The position numbers and the translations under genes were made by a program. From Akkermansia muciniphila (GTDB taxonomy: Bacteria; Verrucomicrobiota; Verrucomicrobiia; Limisphaerales; BJHT01): DNA of 64,000 nt. Position 1 is the first letter of the stretch; every line of letters begins with the position of its first letter. Of this stretch, positions 1-8,800 are shown one piece after another. The DNA is taken from positions 7,935 through 71,934 of the forward strand of contig CAMAUZ010000029.1 in the NCBI GenBank assembly GCA_945861535.1, written 5' to 3'. The notes below the pieces were generated by a model. That model saw nothing but the letters and a program-made list of their open reading frames with translations. It was not told where the DNA came from and ran no database searches.

Positions 1-686
1 GCGCGGTGAAAAATTTCGAGGCCAGCGAATCCGCCAAACTCATGGACGCCAACTTCGCCGGGGCCTACCGCGTGATGACCAGCCAGCAGGCGCGCGAAGC
101 CTTCGACCTCACCAAGGAACCGCTGAAAGTCCGTGAGCGTTACGGCCTCAACCGCTTCGGCCAGTGCTGCCTCCTCGCGCGCCGCCTCGTCGAGGCCGGC
201 GTGCGCTTCGTCACCATCAACACCTTCATCACCGTCTTCGGCGAAATCACCTGGGACATCCACGGCTCGAAGCCGTTCACCTCGATCGAAGGCATGCGCG
301 ACCTCATCTGCCCGATGTACGACCAGGGCTACACCGCCCTCCTCGAAGACCTCCACCAGCGCGGCCTCCTCGACGACACCATGGTCTGCAACCTCGCCGA
401 ATTCGGCCGCACTCCCAAGGTCAACCCCGCCGGCGGCCGCGACCACTGGCCGAACTGCTGGACCATGGGCTTCGCCGGCGGCGGCGTGAAAGGCGGCCGT
501 GCCATCGGCAAATCCGACGAAATCGGCGGCTACCCCGCCGAGCGCCCCGTCAATCCCCCGATGGTCGTGGCCACCATCTTCGAGAGCCTCGGTCTCGACC
601 TCGACACCCACCTCCCCGGCCCCGCCGGCCGCCCCTTCCCGCTGGTGGATTTTGGAACGCAGCCGATCAAGGAGCTGTTCGCGTAA
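1..686 (+). CDS. DUF1501 family protein (sulfatase-like), C-terminal part; 5' end lies outside the window
   Basis: The reading frame of ORF 6..686 stays open to the window edge. 'GRTPKVNPAGGRDHWPNCW' and 'GGGVKGGRAIGKSD' are typical of the C-terminal half of PVC DUF1501 proteins. Confidence 0.85.
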   Translation, partial: AVKNFEASESAKLMDANFAGAYRVMTSQQAREAFDLTKEPLKVRERYGLNRFGQCCLLARRLVEAGVRFVTINTFITVFGEITWDIHGSKPFTSIEGMRDLICPMYDQGYTALLEDLHQRGLLDDTMVCNLAEFGRTPKVNPAGGRDHWPNCWTMGFAGGGVKGGRAIGKSDEIGGYPAERPVNPPMVVATIFESLGLDLDTHLPGPAGRPFPLVDFGTQPIKELFA

Positions 687-755
687 GGATTCACGTGCCG
701 ATGTGGATTGATCGCGCTCATTGCGAAATGAATCTTGAAAGCCCGCAACTCCCTC

Positions 756-1004
756 GCCCCGGAGGGGCATCGCAGAATATTAGCCGGGGGCAAGCGAGGA
801 ACGAGCGCAGCCCCCGGTCCACCGCGTCGAACCGGGCATGCCCCGGAGGGGCACCGGAGGAAAATCCCGCGACCCACGCCACCCACCGCCCGGTTTTTCA
901 ACCGATGCCCCTCCGGGGCACGACCGCAAGTCATCACCCGTTCCGGGGGCCGCGCTCGTTCCTCGCTTGCCCCCGGCTAATTTCCTGCGGCGTCCCTCCG
1001 GGAC
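756..1004. repeat. Family-1 composite palindromic repeat, unit 1
   Basis: Left arm 'CCCCGGAGGGGCATCGCAGAATATTAGCCGGGGGCAAGCGAGGAACGAGCGCAGCCCCCGG'. Two internal hairpins, GCCCCGGAGGGGC and GCCCCTCCGGGGC. Right arm is the inverted copy 'CCGGGGGCCGCGCTCGTTCCTCGCTTGCCCCCGGCTAATTTCC...CCCTCCGGGAC'. Confidence 0.85.
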
Positions 1005-1135
1005 CAACTCCACGTCCTGTGCGCGCGCCAGACGAAACCGGGATCGCGCAACCCAGCAACGCAGGCTCGCTCTTTCTCGCACGTCCGAGCGCCCTCGCGT
1101 TCGCACCTTGCGATGCCGCGCCTTCGCGCGCCCCG

Positions 1136-1388
1136 CTTCGCCCCAGAGGGGCTTCGGAGAACATTAGCCGGGGGCAAGCGAGGAACGAGCGCAGCCCCCG
1201 GTCCATCGCGCCCTACATGCCATGCCCCGGAGGGGCACCGAAGGAAAACCCCGCGACTCACGCCATCCGCCGCCCGATTTTTCTACCGATGCCCCTCCGG
1301 GGCACGGCCGCAAGTCATCACCCGTTCCGGGGGCCGCGCTCGTTCCTCGCTTGCCCCCGGCTAATTTCCTGCGGCGTCCCTCCGGGAC
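1136..1388. repeat. Family-1 composite palindromic repeat, unit 2
   Basis: Same architecture and near-identical sequence to 756..1004. Ends 50 bp upstream of the RAYT-1 start codon. Confidence 0.85.
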
Positions 1389-1437
1389 AAAACCTTCTCG
1401 TTCGCACCTTTAACAACCAACCACTAAGAAAAACGTT

Positions 1438-1884
1438 ATGGGTTCCACCTACCTGAGCCTCCATTACCACATCGTCTGGGCGACCAAAGCCCGGCGCAAT
1501 CTGATCGAGCCACGGTGGGACCCGAAACTTCACGCCTTTCTCGGCGGCCTTCTGAAAAACCTCGGTGGCGTCGCCGAAACCATCAACGGCACCCGCGACC
1601 ATCTCCACATTCTCGCCGGCCTGCGCGCGACCCACGCCCTCGCCGACGTTGTCCGCGATTTGAAATCGCTCTCCGCCGAATGGGTTCACAAGGAACTCAA
1701 GGGTTGGGACTTCGGCTGGCAGGAAGGTTACTTCGCCGCCACCGTCAGTCCGACCCAACGCCCGTCCGTGCGCCGCTACATCGCCAAGCAAAAGGAACAT
1801 CACAAAACCGAGTCCTCGAAAACCGAACTCGAACGACTCCTCAAACGCGCTGAAATCAAATATGACCCGCAATACTTTGAGTAA
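1438..1884 (+). CDS. IS200/IS605-family Y1 (HUH) transposase, RAYT-like (copy 1)
   Basis: 148 aa. N-terminus 'LSLHYHIVWATKARR', HUH motif 'HLHIL', 'WQEGYFAATVS', and the catalytic Tyr-x3-Gln 'YIAKQ'. Flanked by hairpin repeats. No tnpB partner. Confidence 0.85.
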   Translation: MGSTYLSLHYHIVWATKARRNLIEPRWDPKLHAFLGGLLKNLGGVAETINGTRDHLHILAGLRATHALADVVRDLKSLSAEWVHKELKGWDFGWQEGYFAATVSPTQRPSVRRYIAKQKEHHKTESSKTELERLLKRAEIKYDPQYFE

Positions 1885-1902
1885 CTCGAAAGGGGTTCTC
1901 AC

Positions 1903-2003
1903 GATGCCCCTCCGGGGCATGGCCACCTTGAGCACCGCGTTCCGGGGGCTGCGCTCGTCCCTCGCTTGCCCCCGGCTAATTTCCTCCGGCGTCCCTCCGG
2001 GAC
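1903..2003. repeat. Family-1 half unit (GCCCCTCCGGGGC hairpin plus right arm)
   Basis: Begins 18 bp after the RAYT-1 stop. Same orientation as the arm at about 1288..1388 on the other side of the gene. Confidence 0.8.
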
Positions 2004-2173
2004 CAGTTCCACATCCTACCTGCGCACCAAAAGAAACCGCGCTCCCGCACTCCCTCAACGCAACCTCATTCCGCGGCGTATCTCCGCACGCCGTCGTCAT
2101 CGCGCCATTCCGCAACCCACCTCCGCGCACGATTGCCGCCGCACCACCCCATAACGCATTTCCATGCGCCCCG

Positions 2174-2426
2174 CTTCGCCCCGGAGGGGCATCGCAGAAC
2201 ATTAGCCGGGGGCCAGCGAGGAACGAGAGCAGCCCCCGGTCTGCCGCGCCCCACGCTCCATGCCCCGGAGGGGCACCGAAGGAAAAGCCCGCCACACCCA
2301 CGGCCCACCGTAAGCTATTTCTGACGATGCCCCTCCGGGGCACGGCCGCAAATCCTCCCGCGTTCCGGGGGCTGCGCTCGTTCCTCGCTGGCCCCCGGCT
2401 AATTTCCTGCGGAGTCCCTCCGGGAC
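2174..2426. repeat. Family-1 composite palindromic repeat, unit 3
   Basis: Full unit, near-identical to 756..1004 and 1136..1388. Ends 30 bp upstream of the ATG at 2456. Confidence 0.85.
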
Positions 2427-2455
2427 AAATCACGACCATTCCCCGCTCCTTTCCC

Positions 2456-4921
2456 ATGCGAACATTTATTTTCCTCCTCACCCTCGCTCTCTTCGCCCTC
2501 TCGAATTTCGCGACCTTCGCCGCCGACTCCCTCCTCCTCCTCCCGCGCGAAATCTCCCTCACCGGCCCCGAAGCCCGCCAGAGCCTCCTCGTGGAAAAAT
2601 CCGACGGCACCCACTTCACCGGCCAGATCACCAACGCCATCACCTTCTCCACCAGCGATCCCAAAATCGCCCGCCTCGACGGCGCCACTGTCATCCCCGT
2701 TGCCAACGGCTCCGCCACCATCCGCGCCACCGTCAACGGCCAGACCCTCTCCGCCCCCGTCACCGTTGCCCGCATGGACACGCCCTTCGCCTGGAGTTTC
2801 CGCAACCACATCCAGCCCGTCCTCACCAAGTCCGGCTGCAACGCCGGCGCGTGCCACGGCGCGGCCGCCGGCCAGAACGGCTTCCGCGTCTCCCTCCGCG
2901 GCTACGACGACGACGGCGACCACACCATCCTCACCCGCGGCGCGATGAACCGCCGCATCACCCTCGCCGATCCCGCACGCAGCCTGTTGCTCCTCAAATC
3001 CACCGCCACCATCCCCCACAAAGGCGGCGAGCGCTTCAAGACCGGCTCCTTCGAATACCGTGTCCTCTCCGAATGGATCGCCGCCGGCGCGCCCGGCCCG
3101 CGCCCCGACGATCCGCGCATCACCCGCCTCGAAGTCCTCCCGCCCGCCGCGTTGCTCCAGCCCGGCGCGACGCAGCAACTCTCCGTCCGCGCCACCTTCA
3201 GCGACGGCCACACCGAGGACGTCACCCGCTGGGCCAAGTTCAACGCCGTCAACACCTCCGTCGCCGGCGTGGACGAATCCGGTCGCGTCACCGTTTCCGG
3301 TCACGGCGAAACCAGCGTCAGCGCCTGGTATCTCAGTCAGCTCGCCATCACCACCGTCACCTCGCCTTACGCGAAGCCCGTCCCCGCCGCGCTCTTCACG
3401 AACTCCCCGCGCCGCAATTTCATCGACGACTTCGTCCTCGAAAAACTCCGCGAACTCAACCTCCCGCCCTCGCCCCGCAGCACCGACAGCGAATTCCTCC
3501 GGCGCGCCTTCCTCGACACCATCGGCGTGCCGCCCACCGCCGACGAAACTCGCGCCTTCCTCGCCGACCGCTCCGCCGGCAAGCGCGACGCCCTCATCGA
3601 TACCCTCCTCGCGCGCCCCGAATTCATCGACTACTGGAGCTACCGCTGGAGCGACCTCCTCCTCGTCAACAGCGACAAACTCCCGCCCACCGCCATGTGG
3701 GCCTACTACAACTGGATTCGCAAAAACGTCGCCGCCAACACGCCGTGGGACCGCTTCGTCCGCGACCTCGTCACCGCCACCGGCAGCACCCTCGAACACG
3801 GCGCGGGCAATTTTTACATCCTCCACGACGAACCCACCAAGATGGCCGAGACCGTCTCCGTCGCTTTCCTCGGCTTCTCCATCAACTGCGCCAAATGCCA
3901 CAACCATCCGCTCGAAAAATGGACCAACGACGAATACTTCGGCTTCGCCAATCTCTTCGCCCGCACCCGCTCCAAACGCGGCGTCGCCCCCGATGAACAA
4001 ATCATCTTCTCCGCCACCGAAGGCGACCTCGTCCAGCCGCTCACCGGCCGCCCCCAAGCCCCGAAACCCCTCGACGCCGCCCCCATTTCCCTCACCGCCA
4101 AAGAAGACCGCCGCGCCCCCCTCGCCGCGTGGCTCACATCTCCGAAAAACGAGCAGTTCAGCAAAACCATCGTGAACCGTGTCTGGGCCAACTTCTTCGG
4201 CCTCGGCCTCGTCGAGTCCGTGGACGACATCCGCGTCGCCAACCCCGCCAGCAACGAAAAACTTTTCACCGCCGCCGCCGCGCACCTTGTGAAAAACCAG
4301 TTCGACCTCAAGGCCCTCATGCGCACGATTCTCCAGAGCGAAACCTACCAGCGCTCCAGCCTCGCCCTGCCCGAGAACCAGGACGACACCCGCTACCTCG
4401 CCCGCTTCTACCCGCGCCGCCTCAAAGCCGAAGTCCTCCTCGACGCCTTCTCCGCCGCCACCGCCGTCCCCACCACCTTCCGCATCGACGCCCGCAACGC
4501 CAACCGCGGCCTCGGCCGCATGTACCCCGAAGGCTTCCGCGCCCTCCAGCTCCCCGACTCGAATGTCGCCTCCTACTTCCTGAAAAGCTTCGGCCGCCCC
4601 GAGCGCCTCGCCACCTGCGAATGCGAGCGCACCAGCGAACCCAGCATGGCCCAGGCCCTCCACCTCGCCAACGGCGACACCCTCAACGACAAGCTCGCCA
4701 AAAAAGGCAACCGCCTCGACCAACTCCTCGCCAAAAAACTCCTCGACGCCGAACTCCTCGAAGAAACCTACCTCCTCACCCTCAACCGCCCGCCCACCCC
4801 CGCCGAAAAAACCAAACTCACCCAAGCCCTCGCCACCACGCCCGCCCCCGACCGCCGCGCCGCCGTGGAGGACATTTTCTGGAGCCTCCTGAGCAGTCGG
4901 GAGTTTTTGTTTAACCACTGA
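2456..4921 (+). CDS. DUF1549/DUF1553 (PSCyt2/PSD1) domain protein with N-terminal Big_2-like domain and signal peptide
   Basis: ATG at 2456 gives the signal peptide 'MRTFIFLLTLALFALSNFATFAA'. Motifs 'CNAGACHG' and 'CAKCHNHPLEKWTNDEY', and a C-terminal DUF1553-type region. The ORF track's upstream extension (1862..) only translates repeats. Confidence 0.9.
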   Translation: MRTFIFLLTLALFALSNFATFAADSLLLLPREISLTGPEARQSLLVEKSDGTHFTGQITNAITFSTSDPKIARLDGATVIPVANGSATIRATVNGQTLSAPVTVARMDTPFAWSFRNHIQPVLTKSGCNAGACHGAAAGQNGFRVSLRGYDDDGDHTILTRGAMNRRITLADPARSLLLLKSTATIPHKGGERFKTGSFEYRVLSEWIAAGAPGPRPDDPRITRLEVLPPAALLQPGATQQLSVRATFSDGHTEDVTRWAKFNAVNTSVAGVDESGRVTVSGHGETSVSAWYLSQLAITTVTSPYAKPVPAALFTNSPRRNFIDDFVLEKLRELNLPPSPRSTDSEFLRRAFLDTIGVPPTADETRAFLADRSAGKRDALIDTLLARPEFIDYWSYRWSDLLLVNSDKLPPTAMWAYYNWIRKNVAANTPWDRFVRDLVTATGSTLEHGAGNFYILHDEPTKMAETVSVAFLGFSINCAKCHNHPLEKWTNDEYFGFANLFARTRSKRGVAPDEQIIFSATEGDLVQPLTGRPQAPKPLDAAPISLTAKEDRRAPLAAWLTSPKNEQFSKTIVNRVWANFFGLGLVESVDDIRVANPASNEKLFTAAAAHLVKNQFDLKALMRTILQSETYQRSSLALPENQDDTRYLARFYPRRLKAEVLLDAFSAATAVPTTFRIDARNANRGLGRMYPEGFRALQLPDSNVASYFLKSFGRPERLATCECERTSEPSMAQALHLANGDTLNDKLAKKGNRLDQLLAKKLLDAELLEETYLLTLNRPPTPAEKTKLTQALATTPAPDRRAAVEDIFWSLLSSREFLFNH

Positions 4922-4940
4922 GGCGACAGGATCAGGAGCG

Positions 4941-5840
4941 ATGAGAGGCATTTTGAAAAAGATCGGGTTGGTGGCAGCAATCATCTGCGCTCTTTTCGTC
5001 AGCACCGAACCAAACACGATGAACGCCAAACCCGAAGTTGACCTGGTCTACGAGACATTCAGCCAAGCGCTGAACGTGAGAGGCTTCACGTTGCTTCGCA
5101 AAGTCGACGAGGACGTTTACGAGGTGAAAAACAAGGATGGAAAGCGAACTGTCAGCCTGAGAAACGGGCGGAAGCAATTTCTTCAGGACAAGGATGCCGA
5201 AGGATTGAAACGATTCGTGGACAGGCTCCTCATAGATTTGGCGATCTTGCCAAACTGGAACGAAGCCAAAGCTCGCGTGCGCCTACAGGTGGAGCCAGCG
5301 GATCACGATTTTGGGAAGGCGATTCACGAGAAGATTTCCGACGTGGTTTCTTTTGTTGCGGTTTACGTGTCCGCAGACGGGGCACACATTACTTGGATTG
5401 ACGAAAGCCAATTGAAAACGTGGAAAATTGGTCGCGAAGAACTCGTCGGAGCGGCAAAGAAAAATCTTAATCACTTGGTAAACGCTGCGAAGCTGGAAGT
5501 GCAAGACATCGACGGGATGAAGCTCGGCTTCTTGTCCGTCAACACCGAGTCCGAATCTGCCTTCAAAGCCTCACTCATTCTCGCGCCAGCGCTGAAAACA
5601 ATAATTTCAAAGGAATTGGGATGGCCCGTTCATGCAGTCATTCCAGCACGCGACTTCCTCTATCTCGTTCCCCTTCGCGACAAGGGTTTGATCCCACGAA
5701 TAGGGCGCGTCGTCGTGGGCGAATACTCCAAGTCTGCCTATCCCCTGACTACCGAAGTGTTTGTTCTGAGCGATGAGAAGGCTGATGCCATTGGTGCATT
5801 TCCAGTCGAAACAAAAATCCCAGCGAAGACTCTGAAATAA
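4941..5840 (+). CDS. Secreted hypothetical protein, possibly DUF1444/YtpQ-like
   Basis: AGGAG lies 3-7 nt upstream of the ATG and there is an N-terminal hydrophobic signal. The C-terminal pattern 'VIPARDFLYLVP...PLTTEVFVL' resembles DUF1444 from memory only. The gene is markedly more A/T-rich than its neighbours. Confidence 0.7.
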   Translation: MRGILKKIGLVAAIICALFVSTEPNTMNAKPEVDLVYETFSQALNVRGFTLLRKVDEDVYEVKNKDGKRTVSLRNGRKQFLQDKDAEGLKRFVDRLLIDLAILPNWNEAKARVRLQVEPADHDFGKAIHEKISDVVSFVAVYVSADGAHITWIDESQLKTWKIGREELVGAAKKNLNHLVNAAKLEVQDIDGMKLGFLSVNTESESAFKASLILAPALKTIISKELGWPVHAVIPARDFLYLVPLRDKGLIPRIGRVVVGEYSKSAYPLTTEVFVLSDEKADAIGAFPVETKIPAKTLK

Positions 5841-5841
5841 A

Positions 5842-8800
5842 ATGAACTCTCTCTGCCCCTTATTTGCTCGAAAGCTGAGGCAACCTTTCGCCACTTCCGT
5901 TTTCGCGTTCTTTGTGCTCTTTCGCGGCCCTTCCTCCTCCGCCGAAGCCCCCGACTTCGCCCGCCACATCGCCCCCCTCTTCCAGCAGCACTGCCTCGAC
6001 TGCCACGCCAAGCAGGACCCCGAAGGTGGCCTCGTCCTAGAGGACCACGCCTCGCTCCTCAAAGGCGGCGACTCCGGCCCCGCCATCCTCCCTGGCAAAA
6101 GCTCCGACAGCCGGCTCGTGAAATTTCTCGAAGGCCGCTCCGGCAAAGAAGGCAAAAACCAATTCATGCCCCCCGGCAAAAAGAAGCACCTCGACCCCGC
6201 CGAAATCGCCCTCATCAAATCGTGGATCGACGCCGGTGCCAAAGCCCCCGCCGCCCCCACCATTGCCTCACTCAACATCCCGAAAATCACGCCCAAGACC
6301 GCTCCCGCGCGCTCCATCACCGCCCTCGCTTTCTCCGCGCCCGCCAAGCTTCTCGCCGCCGGCCGCTACGGCGAAATCGATCTCCTCGACGCCACCACGC
6401 GCCAGATTCTCCGCACCCTCCCCGGCCATCGCGGCAACATCACCGCCCTCGCCTTCTCCGCCGACGGCACCCAACTCTTCGCCGCCGCCGGCGACCCCGG
6501 TCTCGTCGGCGAAGTCCGCCAATGGAACCTCACCGACCCCGCCCAGCCCAAACTCCTCCGTGCTTGGGACGCCCACCCCGACGCCCTCTACGCCCTCGCC
6601 CTCGCGCCCGACGGCCAGACCCTCGCCACCGGCAGCTACGACCAGCGCATCAAACTCTGGGACACCGCGACCGGCGCGGAACGCCGCACCCTCAAAGGCC
6701 ACAACGGCGCCGTCTTCGGCCTCGCCTTCCGCCCCGACGGACGCGTCCTCGCCAGCGCCAGCGCCGACCGCACCGTGAAACTCTGGGACCCCGCCACCGG
6801 CGCGCGCCTCGACACCCTCTCGCAACCCACCAAGGAACTCTTCACCATCGCCTTCGCCCCCGACGGCAAAACCCTCGCCGCCGGCGGTGCCGACAACCGC
6901 ATCCGCCTCTGGCAGGTCACCGACCGCGCCCTGGAAGGCAGCAACAAACTCCTCTACGCCCGCTTCGGCCACGAAGGCTCCGTGCTGAAACTCGCCTTCA
7001 CCCCCGACGGCAAAACCCTCGTCAGCACCGCCGCCGACAAATCCGTGAAACTCTGGACCACCGCCGAACTCACCGAACGCTCCGTGCTTGAACCCCAATC
7101 CGACTGGGCCTCCGCCCTCGTCCTCACCACCACCGGCCAGCTCATCATCGGCCGCCTCGACGGCACCCTCGGTTTCTACAACGCCACCACCGGCACCGCC
7201 CTCGCCCCCGCCGCCAAAAAATCCGCCCGCGGAGCGCCGATCTCCGATCCGGCGCTTCTCTCTGTAGCCGCCGACGTGAGGAGGCGGATGCTCCCCGCAA
7301 CCGAGCTGCCATCATTCAAAAAAATGCCGGAACCCTTCGCCTCGAAACCACCCGCCGGGTCGGAGACCGGCGCTCCTTCCGCGCGCGTACTCCGCCGTCT
7401 CCTCGCCGCCAATCCCACCGCCTTCTTCGCCCAAACCGCGAAGAAAAACGACAAGCCCGCCGCCGCCAAAGCCGCGCAAACGAAAGCCGTCGCCGACAAA
7501 AAAGCCGCCGCCGCCGGCAAGCCCGTCCTCACCCGCCTCGAACCTCCCGCCCTCCAGCGCGGCGCAACCTCCGAAATAAAACTCTTCGGCAAAAACCTCG
7601 CCGAACTCACCGGCCTCAAATTCTCGAACCCCAAACTCCTCGCCGAAATCCTCCCCGCCGATCCCGCCAAACCCGACGAAGCCCGCGTCAAAATCACCGC
7701 CGACGCCTCGCTCCCCCGCGCCCCCATCGAAGTCAGCGCCGTCACCGCCGCCGGCGAGAGCGAGAAACTCAAACTCACCCTCGACGACCTCCCCCAAATC
7801 GCCGCGCCCCTCGCGCCCAAACCCGGCGCACCCGTCCCGCTCGCCTCGCTGCCCGTCGGCATCTGGGGTGTCCTCAAAGAAGCCGGCGCGCGCTCCGAAT
7901 TCGTCTTCGCCGCCCGCGCCGGACAAACCCTCGTCTTCGATCTCGCAGCCCGCCGCATCGCCTCCAAAGCCGTCACCCCCGCGCTGCAATTGTTCGACGA
8001 TCGCGGCGTCCTCGTCGCCAGCAATTACGGCATGGAAAACAACACCGACCCGCTCCTCGCCTTCCACGTTCCGCGCGACGCCCGCTACACCATCCGCGTC
8101 AGCGAGGTCACGCTCGAAGGCTCCACCGATCACACCTACCACCTCACCCTCGGCGCGCTCCCCTACGTCACCGGCTTCTTCCCGATCAGCGCCGGCACAA
8201 ACAAGGAAATCGAAGTCACCCTCGCCGGCTACAATCTCCCCGCGCCCACCGTCCGCGTCACCACCACCGCGCCCGGCAACGCCAAGCTTCCCCTCGCCCC
8301 CACGATCCGAACGCGCGGCACGCCCGAACTCCTCGTCACCGACGCCACCGAACTCATCGAAACCGAACCCAACGACACGTCCGCCCAAGCCCAGTTCCTC
8401 CCGATTCCCAGCTCCGTCAACGGCCGCCTCTTCTCCTCGCGCGACGCCGCCCGAACCGCCAACGCCACCGCCGCCCCCGACGCCGACCTCTTCGCCTTCG
8501 AGGCCAAACGCGGCCAGCAGCTCGTCCTCGAAACCCTCGCCGCCCGCGCCGGTTCGCTCGCCGACACCAAGCTCGAAATCCTTTTCCCCAACGGCGAACC
8601 CGTGCCGCGCCTGCGCTTCCAGGCTGTGCGCGATTCCTGGATTAATTTCCGCCGCCAGGACGCCAACGCCGTCGGCGTGCGCATCGCCAACTGGGAGGAA
8701 ATGGACCTCAGCCAATACGTGTGGTTCAACGGCGACATCCAGCGCGTCGTGCAAATGCCGCGCGGCCCCGACGCCGACATGATCTTCGCCAACAACAACG

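Larger units (their letters stand above)
756..2426. mobile_element. REPtron-like locus 1: RAYT-like gene embedded in an array of family-1 composite palindromic repeats
   Basis: Three full composite units of about 250 bp and one half unit surround the Y1 transposase gene at 1438..1884. They fill the whole 1.77-kb gap between two conserved genes. Confidence 0.6.

Noticed and set aside
164-1456. 430-aa plus-strand ORF. Also the N-terminal extensions of the ORFs at 1862..4921, 11776..14787, 42869.., 46856.. and 55505..57703.
   Set aside because: These segments only translate the palindromic repeats, with recurrent 'PEGHRR', 'ISRGQARNERSPRS', 'LLTSAAT' and 'GIWGRGMG' peptides. Credible signal peptides and starts lie downstream.
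756-2426. Possible CRISPR array, because similar 60-80-bp units recur.
   Set aside because: The units alternate in inverted orientation and are themselves long hairpins. Spacing is irregular, there are no unique spacers of constant length, and no cas genes are present.
2399-5029. 876-aa minus-strand ORF. Similar long ORFs occur at 7312..9768, 11779..14226, 15182..16690, 17382..18503, 44055..45305, 46262..48616, 49525..50712, 51651..53249 and 53411..54793.
   Set aside because: Each lies antisense to, or out of frame with, a gene that has clear domain motifs. Their translations are low-complexity G/E/A/R/P-rich strings, as expected for spurious ORFs in high-GC DNA.
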